NCBI GenBank assembly: GCA_946965045.2
Contig: OX337229.1
Span: 2,542,001 to 2,606,000 of the forward strand
Direction of reading: 5' to 3'
Length of the DNA: 64,000 nt
DNA from: Epithemia pelagica
Taxonomy: Eukaryota > Protista > Bacillariophyta
Of the stretch, positions 55,546 through 64,000 are shown piece after piece. Within the stretch, counting starts at the first letter, position 1; every line of letters starts with the position of its first letter. The position numbers and the translations under genes are program-made. The notes under the pieces are model-generated. The model ran no database searches and was not told the origin of the DNA. It saw only the letters and a list, made by a program, of their open reading frames with translations.

Positions 55546-57450
55546 ATGTCTCAAAGCCCGACGCCGGGAAGTGCCCCATCCGCTGCTGATGGGGCTTCGG
55601 ATTGGAGAGCGGATGTGCAGCAGTCATCGAGGAATAAACAGGTTCGAGAAATTGCCAAGGTTCTGGCCTCTCTGGAACCAGGGGCAAGTTCCACCTCGAA
55701 ACTTCGCTTGGCGATGCAGTTTGAAGATACTGTCTTTAAAGGAGCGGACTCCTTGGCTGACTATCAAAAGAAACTTTCCAAGCGCCTGAAAAAGCTGCAG
55801 AAGAATTATGTACCAACACAACCCGCTGGACAAACAGAAAAGCAACGAACCCTCGATAGTCTACGCCAGACACATGGGGACTCGATTCGCTATGTCTTAA
55901 AGCATGCACAAAAAGCCATTGCTGAAATGAAGTCAAAACATGGAGATGAAAAGGGAAGGCAACTTGAGCAACATTTGGATGCGGCAAAAATATGGGCTCA
56001 TGATCTGGGTTTGCTGGAAAATAGTAGTAACAACAAGCCCAACTACAAAATGGCTGATGATCAATTGGAGCGTCTCAAGTCCAATATTGAACGACGATTG
56101 GAAAATTTAAGAGCGCATGTTGTCAAACTGGCTGATCCAGATCGCTTTTTTGTTGAAACGCTTGAAAAGGCAGAAGAAGACAGTAAAGATGGTCCCACCT
56201 CACAGCTTTTGATGACCGAAACTCGAAAACTCTACCTTCAAATGGTCAAGACCTCTCTTGATCCAGAGGCTATGATGAAAGACGCATTAGATGTGGTGCT
56301 TCACAAAAGCATTCCTTTGCCAACAAGGTCACAAAAGAATGATGAAAAAGCTGCCCTGATTCATTTGGATAAAATGCGGGCGGCATCCTCGGCCTTTTTA
56401 GCCTTTTTGGCAGCGGAAAATAAGTCTTCGATATCGGGGGCACCGCAGGGAAAACTATTCAAAAAGTTGCATTCGGTTGTCACGGATGGTATTCAGTTTA
56501 TCTCCGAGGTTATGAAGGAACGCCGCAAACAATCCACGGAACCTGAGGTGTCCCTCCAAGATGCCTGGATGAAACCATTGGAACTTCATCCGAGCGGGAG
56601 TGAGACCACATCCACAGATCCATCGACGTCGGAGGGACCTGCCACTACGACAACAAAACGTGCGCGCCTCTCCAAGAATCCGCTTGTCCTCAAAAGTCAA
56701 ATTTTGCTGACACGTGGGAGAAAGACACCTCCCAATCTGTTGGTGGAACTGAAACGGAAAGGGGTCCAACTAGTTCGACCGACTCATGGACACGGATCTC
56801 ATTTGATTTTGGAATTTGGTCGTGCCTTTTCCATGACAATCTACATGGTTCCTCTCTTGGTAGAACTGCGGGCTTGTCCACATGAACAAACACCGTCTTC
56901 GGCCGTAGATGCCCCCCTCAAATCTGGAAACCAACCGTACGAAGGACCAACACAGTCATTCAATCTACGTGGACCAAAGTCTTCATTGATACAGACACCA
57001 ACTTGGACATCTCTACATTACGGCTTAACAGCACCAGAGGGACGAGCCACGACCGCATCATCCTCCAAGAAAGAGACTGTTCGGAATAAGAAAAGAAGCA
57101 GAAACTTTGATGACGATGAGGATCGGAACGTGGGAATAGGAAAGAACACCAGCAACGAGCCAAGTAGTAATGAAAAAGCCAGTTCGTCCGATACTGTCCA
57201 GAACGACTTGACAGTGTGGAATGTAAATGGAGATTACGAAACAATTGGGCACGTTGTGGAAGAGCGATTACGGGATGCATCGGCGCACGCAACCTTTGTC
57301 TTGCGTCAATGTTTTGCCGAGGCAGTCCAGAAAGATATACCTGTCCAGAATGAGTTTGAACTGGAAATTTTGGAAGGACAGGCTCTGCTCAACTTTTTAC
57401 ACGTATCTCGGAGCACATACACGCCTAACTGGCAGGACATTTCGGTGTGA
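55546..57450 (+). CDS. MED15-like protein with N-terminal KIX-type domain
   Basis: DWRADVQQSSRNKQVREIAKVL...AMQFEDTVFKGADSLADYQKKL matches the plant-type MED15 KIX pattern. Confidence 0.65.
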   Translation: MSQSPTPGSAPSAADGASDWRADVQQSSRNKQVREIAKVLASLEPGASSTSKLRLAMQFEDTVFKGADSLADYQKKLSKRLKKLQKNYVPTQPAGQTEKQRTLDSLRQTHGDSIRYVLKHAQKAIAEMKSKHGDEKGRQLEQHLDAAKIWAHDLGLLENSSNNKPNYKMADDQLERLKSNIERRLENLRAHVVKLADPDRFFVETLEKAEEDSKDGPTSQLLMTETRKLYLQMVKTSLDPEAMMKDALDVVLHKSIPLPTRSQKNDEKAALIHLDKMRAASSAFLAFLAAENKSSISGAPQGKLFKKLHSVVTDGIQFISEVMKERRKQSTEPEVSLQDAWMKPLELHPSGSETTSTDPSTSEGPATTTTKRARLSKNPLVLKSQILLTRGRKTPPNLLVELKRKGVQLVRPTHGHGSHLILEFGRAFSMTIYMVPLLVELRACPHEQTPSSAVDAPLKSGNQPYEGPTQSFNLRGPKSSLIQTPTWTSLHYGLTAPEGRATTASSSKKETVRNKKRSRNFDDDEDRNVGIGKNTSNEPSSNEKASSSDTVQNDLTVWNVNGDYETIGHVVEERLRDASAHATFVLRQCFAEAVQKDIPVQNEFELEILEGQALLNFLHVSRSTYTPNWQDISV

Positions 57451-58284
57451 TCAGAAGTTCGAATTTGATTCGTTCATCACGTACATCCAGTATGAAACTG
57501 TTGATGATTGTCGCTCACCCCTTTATCGTTAGCAGTGGGCACTCTTGCCACTCTGTAAGTGCATGATTCAGAGCAAGTGAACGTGATTTTGATCCTTAGC
57601 TCTATCTGTGTTAAGGGGACGTACCCTTGTCTGAAACAAAACGGAATGCTTTCCGTGAACCGGAAGATTAAATCCAAGTTCATATACAGTTGGAATTACT
57701 TCTCTTTGGTGGATGAAGCGGCCGAAGTCCGTTATGTTGTCGGAGGTGTATTCTCCTGCTCTTGTCGCATACCCCTACTGCTAGAGGATTATTGAGAGTA
57801 CTCTTAGGACAGGAGGAGCAAGGCTACTTGGGAGACCTAGGTAGCCATGATAGGGTATGACGATCAAATATGCGATCCAAGAACGACCCTCTTCCGAATG
57901 AATTTTTGTTGCTGTATTTCCGTTGGATTGGCGGGACTGATAACAATAACAATCCTGCAAAAGATTCGGCTCCAAATCTTCCGAAAGATTCGCCAATGAT
58001 TGTGCAAAATATCGTCGTTTCACTGTCTGTTGATCGGCTTCCATGCCCTAACTGGACCAAAATTGGCAACGTTCCCGACATGATATCACAAAGTTTTGTC
58101 CGTTCATTATAAAGAATTGCATTCGAATTGTCGATAGATCTGATGGTATCTGAAACAGACACTCCGACTAAGCAGAAGATGTTCATCCCAGAAACCAATC
58201 TTTTTGTCATTACCTGCTCATAAAACCTTGCGCTGAAATTTCGACAATACCTCAAGAAAACAACGCTTCGATCGAATTGTCATC

Positions 58285-58944
58285 ATGATCTTTCAACGCT
58301 CTTCGCTCGCCTACTTCTTGATCACGATGTTGTCATATGTGACACACAGTGCAGCAGACGCCAGCGCGAAATTCAAATATTTCCTCCCTCGAGACCGCGA
58401 AGGGTACACCCCTGAACCCACAGACCCATCCGAACGATTGTTTGTGATCTGTTCCATTGCTGAAGATGATGAACGCGAGGATGCTCTAGTTGAAGTCAAT
58501 GCTGGAGCGGACATTAACTGGCGTGATCCCGAGACCAACCAGACTTGCATTTATCGGGCAGCTGCCGAGGGCAAGCTTGAAGTTGTGGAGCTCATGCTGG
58601 ATTTGGGGGCTGACGTGATGCCGAAAGAGCCGAGCGCCTTGCCTCTTGGGCACCTCGCAGCATTCCATGGAAAGTCATGGATCTTCAAGCTGTTTCATGA
58701 AAGAAACATTGACTTATCGTCCTTTGTGAATGGAATGGCACCTCTTCATCGCGCTTGTCCCGGTCGTCAAAAGCGATATCTGCATTTGGTGCAGTACATG
58801 CTGGAAAATGAAATTTATGACGTCAACCTAAAGACAGAGGAAGGCAAGACCTGCATGGACTTGGCCAGATCTGAAGCCATGCGAGAACTGCTCGTCAAAT
58901 ATGGCGTTGAAGAAGTACCAACTACAGTGGCGGAGGAGCTATAG
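58285..58944 (+). CDS. Ankyrin-repeat protein with N-terminal signal peptide
   Basis: Hydrophobic N-terminus, followed by GADINWRDPETNQTCIYRAA, GADV..LGHLAAFHG, APLHRAC and DVNLKTEEGKTCMDLA. Confidence 0.8.
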   Translation: MIFQRSSLAYFLITMLSYVTHSAADASAKFKYFLPRDREGYTPEPTDPSERLFVICSIAEDDEREDALVEVNAGADINWRDPETNQTCIYRAAAEGKLEVVELMLDLGADVMPKEPSALPLGHLAAFHGKSWIFKLFHERNIDLSSFVNGMAPLHRACPGRQKRYLHLVQYMLENEIYDVNLKTEEGKTCMDLARSEAMRELLVKYGVEEVPTTVAEEL

Positions 58945-59311
58945 ATTCCGATGAGGCGTTCCGTCGTGCCCACCATTACCCTTAGAGAATTACGTCTTTC
59001 TTTTCAAATATGAAACACATTGCACGCTCATGCTTGCCCTTCTAGTTCATAGCAGTTTGACATTGCACTTCTTGAGGACTAGGAGTAGGAGTAAGGTCTA
59101 CTACTACTCTAGCTAGTTGCTCTCGATTAGAGGAGTAGATGAGCAAAAAGGGGATCGTGAAACGGGATATATTCATTCGGGACTCACGCACTTCGTTCCA
59201 AACCCACTCTCGCTTGTGGTGGCCAAGGATTTTTGTCCAAACACTTTTTGTCAGCGCTGCAGTGTTTGAAGTTTGAAGCCGAGAAAAAGGCATCAACGTC
59301 GCAACAACAGG

Positions 59312-61239
59312 ATGGTGGCACCTTCGTCGAAGCCTTTCAAAGTATCCTTGTTGGATTACGGAGCTGGCAATGTTCGCAGTGTTCGGAACGCGATCGTTGC
59401 CAATGGATATGAGATTGAAGACATCACTTCTCCTGAGCAAATTCTTTCAGCCGAAGTGATTGTGTTTCCTGGGGTGGGTTCGTTCGGATCGGCCATGAAA
59501 GTTTTAAAGGACAAGGAGTATCTCGCACCACTTCGCGAGTACTTGAGCAATCATGAACGTCCGTTCTTGGGCATCTGTTTGGGGATGCAGACATTGTTCG
59601 AGTCGTCCGATGAGAGCGCAGAACAGGACGGCAAACAGTCTCCCATCGCAGGTCTGGGTGTCATACCTGGCAAAGTCATAAAATTTGAATCCACAGAGGA
59701 CCGGACAGTGCCGCACATTGGTTGGAATGGGCGCATCCTTCATCAAGACTCGCCTGTTCTTAAACATCTCTCGTCAAATGAAGAGGTTTACTTCGTTCAC
59801 TCTTACTACGCTCCAATCACTGAAACTAATAAGGATTGGGTGCTGACTTCCACGACGTACTGCGGGCAACCATTCATAAGTGCAATACAAAAGGGATCTG
59901 TTGTAGCAACACAGTTTCACCCCGAGAAAAGTGGCTCTGCTGGACTCAGAGTGTTGAAAGGGTTCCTCGAGGTAAGAAATAGATGAGATCTGTTGTGGAA
60001 TATGGCCCATTGTAGCATTCTCATTCTTCGGTTCTTGTTTTGGAAACAACACGTAACAAAAGGCGGTTGGAGACGGTTCGTTAAATCAAACAAAACCCGT
60101 ATCAGTAGACCTTGCAACGGCCAAGACTTCGTTGGTAAATCGAATTGTCGTCGCACTTGACGTCCGAACCAATGACCAGGGAGACCTAGTTGTCACCAAA
60201 GGCGACCAATACGACGTTCGTGAGAATCACAAGGAAGGAGTTGTGACAGGCCGTGGAGGTGTAAGAAATCTCGGCAAACCAGTTTCCTTGGCTAGGCGTT
60301 ATTATGAAGAAGGAGGAGACGAGATTGCATTTCTGAACATTACAAGTTTTCGTCAGGGTGTAATTGAAGATATGCCTATGCTTCAGGTGCTGGAAGAAGC
60401 ATCCAAAAACATTTTTGTTCCATTGACCGTCGGAGGGGGTATTCGATCCTATACAGATCCATCAACGGGGCAGACCTGGTCCGCCTTGGAGGTGGCATCT
60501 CGGTATTTCCGAGCTGGTGCTGACAAGGTACGAAACATTAAGTATGAAGAACCTGCTTTGTGGAAGAAGATTATCCGGTTACGCGTAATGAGTAGCGAAT
60601 AACATTCACAACTCACGCTTTGTTCTCTTTTCACAGGTAAGCATGGGGAGTGATGCGGTATACGCTGCAGAATCCTTTGTTGCCACAGGTGGCAAAAAGA
60701 CTGGCGAAAGTTCCATCGAACAAATATCCAGAGTGTATGGTGTACAAGCTGTGGTTGTATCGATCGACCCCAAAAGGGTATACGTCGACTCGAAAGAGAA
60801 GGTAGACACAACAAAGCATGTCGTTGTAGAGCTCCATTCCGAGAAAGACGTGGGACCCAGCGGGGAACGCTTCTGTTGGTATCAGTGCACAGTCAAGGGG
60901 GGACGAGAGGCTCGTGACATTTGTGCAGTGACAGTGGCGAAGGCCAGTGAGGCTTTGGGCGCTGGAGAAATCATGTTGAATTGTATCGATATGGATGGCC
61001 AAGGAAACGGTTATGACATTCCACTCATGCGTGCGGTTTCGGGTGCAATCTCGATCCCCGTCATTGCGAGTAGTGGAGCAGGTGCTGTCACTCATTTCTC
61101 AGATGTCTTTGAACAAACGCAGGTCAAGGCCGCACTTGCAGCTGGTATGTTCCATCGGAAAGAGGTCGAGATTGAGGCCGTCAAAACACACATGCGGTCT
61201 CGTGGTCTGGGTGCCAGAACGAGCAAGATATCAGCCTAA
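59312..61239 (+). CDS. HIS7: Bifunctional imidazole glycerol phosphate synthase (HisH-HisF fusion)
   Basis: The glutaminase has [24 protein letters not shown] and QFHPEKS. The cyclase has [42 protein letters not shown] and ALAAGMFH. Introns lie at 59972-60062 and 60528-60636. Confidence 0.97.
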
Positions 61240-61673
61240 CCGGTGAATAATACCTTTCTGAATAGTACAGATATGTTGGTTGGCTGCCTAATCATGGTAA
61301 TGATTATGCATCTGGGGACAAAGCCGACTGAAGCGTGCTATGAATTTGGCTGCAAATGCTGCTGTTGCTGAATGCTGAATAGGAGTAGGAGTAGGACACA
61401 ACCAACCATAGTCGTCACTGAAAACACAGAACCTTAAGGAGAGCACAGTGCAGCACATAGCTGTGCTAGCATGTGTGCGTGGAATCCCCAGGGAGATGGG
61501 GTAATCCTGAGCAGGTCGCTACCTTACCAGTCAGTTACTGACTGTGACCTATAGGAGTTACCGAACGCTTTTTCTGAATAAAGAACACTCTAGCGACAAA
61601 AGATGATATACTGACTGCTAGTACTATTAAAACCCACCACCACCCGGTTCATAACCGCTACATAGTTGTACTG

Positions 61674-62612
61674 CTAGTCATCTTCCACTTCGATCTGAAA
61701 CACTTTCGCCTCACCATTTTCAATCTTCATCTGAACCAGATTCACCACTGCTCCAAACACCTTGTGATGCCCATCCAGATCTCCTCTGTATTTCTCCTTT
61801 AAGATATTGTAATGTTTCAGTAAATTGTTGACAGTTTCATGTCTCACCCTGGCATCAGCCATCATCTTGTCTTGATAGTCATTTCTTCCAGTAGGTGTGA
61901 CAAAGTAGCATCCAGAATCGTTGTAACCACCATCAGCAATCACTTTCTCATTCGGTAGTAGCTCTTGAACAAGCCAGTCTCTGGCAATCCGTAGGTCTGG
62001 CCAAGCGCCACAAGGGAATGCACCATTCCACCACACTATCCAGCCAGTTTTAAGGCAGATTCCCACCTCATACCTCACACCTGCTCCCTTAAACTTGTGC
62101 GAGTACCATTTTGGATCAAAAGGTGACGGCTCCAAAATCCTGAAGTCAGTACCATCCAAACTAATGAAACAGACCTGTCCAGATACACTACAATCAAACC
62201 TATTGTCCCATACAATCTGTTATAAGAACAACAGCAATGGTCAGATATGAGGAGGACGACTTCATTGCAAATTCATGTAGGGCCATGTACTTACATAATT
62301 GAGACCACTATACAACAAATTTACAAACACTTTGACCCACTTCCTGTAGGTCTTCCTCGTTGTTTTGGCTATTGAGACCATAACATCCTCTGTAGCATAG
62401 ACTTTCAGAAAAGCCAGTGTCCACAACAAATGACGAGGCGATGCACCTTTGGGCAATGAACTGTCCAGTTCATCCCACACATGAACACAGAGCAAAGGAG
62501 ACATTCCAAAGTAAGAACGAAAAGCACGTGAGAAATCAAGTGAGTGTGAGTGTCTTGCTCTACCAAGCATTGGCAGAGCCAAGTTGATGAATGTTCGTTG
62601 TGTCACCAACAT
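61674..62612 (-). CDS. PIF/Harbinger (DDE_Tnp_4-type) transposase
   Basis: An intron at 62217-62294 joins HLLWTLAFLKVYATE...LNY to IVWDNRF. Catalytic motifs are ISLDGTDF, WYSHKFKG..RYEV, IADGGY and RVRHETVN. Confidence 0.88.
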
Positions 62613-62950
62613 GGTGGGAGAAAACCGCTTTGGAAAATTTATGTTTGCTCAGTGTGTGTCGCGATGCTGACCACACCTTTACTCTGATCTCGGTCTGTCT
62701 GTGTGTAGTACTGTCAGTTCATTGGAACAGGTTTTTTGGAATTTCATCACGTTCATTTGATTGGCTGGTCAGTTGAGCAGCGACACTAAACTTTGTACTG
62801 TTCTACATATAGTGACCAATTCGAATTCGTGTCCGGTCATTGGAACCGGCCTGGAACGGTGCAGAAATCGATTCAAAAATCGTTTTCATTCAAAAACTGG
62901 AATTTCTGAATGGCCCTACCTCGCCATAATCCTTTTACTTTCTACATCTT

Positions 62951-63178
62951 AAGCGACCCACATATTGCCCTTATCTTGGGTTAACTGTGGGTCGCTTGAT
63001 TATATCATTTGAACCACTAGAAAGTGTCCTGGGTCGGTTTTGAAAAAACGACCTGGCTCGAAAAAATCGACCCAGCTCGTTTTTTTAAAACCGACCCAGG
63101 ACACCTTATAAGTGCCCAATTCACTTGGACGAACGACCCACGGTTGACCCAAGGTAAGGGCAATACGTGGGTCGCACT
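62951..63178. repeat. Nested palindromic structure between the two Harbinger ORFs
   Basis: The central hairpin (63024-63104) has perfect 18-bp outer arms GTGTCCTGGGTCGGTTTT / AAAACCGACCCAGGACAC. Flanking hairpins at 62951-62997 and 63132-63178 are inverted copies of each other. Confidence 0.9.
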
Positions 63179-63368
63179 ACTTTCAGAATTGGAGCCAAAT
63201 TGGGCATGGCCTCCTCGATTGAAAAATGGAGTCCATGATGAAAACCGACCCAGTCCGGATTTTGGTGAACTGTTTTTAGGGTCATAATTAGTTTTCGTGC
63301 AAACAGACCAGTCTGGTTTTGCACTCCCTCGCGCTTTTGTTTTACGTACTAATAGTACCTATACTCCG

Positions 63369-64000
63369 ATGACCAGGTCTGGCCGCAACACTTTGGGCGA
63401 GGGTGCCCTACTTTCGTGGAATTCAAAGTCAACAGATGCCGAATTCCTTGACAAAATCGTGTCAGAAGGCTTGATTCTGGAGAGCGCCACACCCAAATCT
63501 GTGTGGTTGGAACACGCTGTTTTCCAAAAGTACAAATTGGAATCATTCAGGTCGGCACTCAACAAAGCCAAAAGAAAATACCAAGTCCACTTGAAGGATC
63601 AACATGAGAGAGAGACTGGTCATGAGTTGTTGGGTCGTGGTGAGACGGCCCCATCTATGGATGGAAAGGTAAGGAACCCCAATGATGGAGATCTCAAACC
63701 AGCTCCTTCTTTGTTTGGGTCGTCCAAAGGACAAGGTAAGTGCCAGTGTACACTGTTTGTTTGATTGTTGAGTCACTGTCCTAACCTGTTGTGGTTTATT
63801 GTCTTTTATGACCAGGTGTTGCTGCCAAGGTCGCTCCTGAGTCTGTCGTCAGTGACGATGCTATGGTGAAGAAAAGGGCGGCAGGATCCATGCCATTACA
63901 GGAGACACTACAGGTACAACTACAACAAAAGAGGAAAAAGACGAATGAAGAAGACAGTGGTAATGACATGATGAGGAATTGGGAGCCTCCTCATGTCTTG
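63369..64000 (+). CDS. Probable Harbinger accessory (DNA-binding?) protein, 5' part
   Basis: ATG at 63369, followed by WNSKSTDAEFL...PKSVWLEHAVFQKYKLESFRSALNKAK. An intron (63736-63815, GTAAGT...CCAG) continues the frame, which stays open to the window end. Confidence 0.6.

Larger units (their letters stand above)
61438..64000. mobile_element. PIF/Harbinger-type DNA transposon running off the right edge
   Basis: It has a transposase plus a divergent second ORF. The left boundary is only tentative (TAA|GGAGAGCACAG at 61435-61448), and the other end is not visible. Confidence 0.6.

Noticed and set aside
57824-58255. 143-aa minus-strand ORF
   Set aside because: No recognisable motifs, overlapping ORFs of similar size on both strands, and no support as a gene.
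60634-60642. CAG|GTAAGC acceptor immediately followed by a donor-like sequence (recursive splice site)
   Set aside because: The bases encode the required VSMGSD of HisF, so this is coincidental.
1-64000. CRISPR arrays, tRNA or rRNA genes, telomeric repeats
   Set aside because: None seen. The periodic repeats found are coding tandem repeats, microsatellites or transposon ends without unique spacers.

Overview
Gene-dense eukaryotic DNA, most likely from a diatom or other stramenopile. This is inferred from short GT-AG introns of about 75-210 nt, a CHASE-type cyclase, a fused HisHF and a diatom-style PIF transposase. Housekeeping genes (PDE12-like, CCT7, MRPL49/Img2, aldo-keto reductase, MED15-like KIX protein, HisHF, Rab-like GTPase) surround a dynamic central block at about 10.8-35 kb. 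That block holds a long bacterial-type phosphate acetyltransferase and three paralogous ACSS3/PrpE-like acyl-CoA synthetases that share one intron position. One synthetase copy is split by a complete 4,910-bp piggyBac element (TTAA duplication, 12-bp perfect TIRs, intact DDD transposase). The element also carries a second, spliced, convergent gene whose C-terminus resembles the P2X7 'ballast'/Kolobok KolX-type domain. Next to it are a strictosidine-synthase-like gene inactivated by a 145-bp exonic micro-inversion, a Crinkler-like REase-kinase, and a duplicated gene fragment. The window ends inside a PIF/Harbinger element whose divergent genes are separated by a nested ~230-bp palindrome. All family assignments come from motif recognition by eye; no database searches were run.
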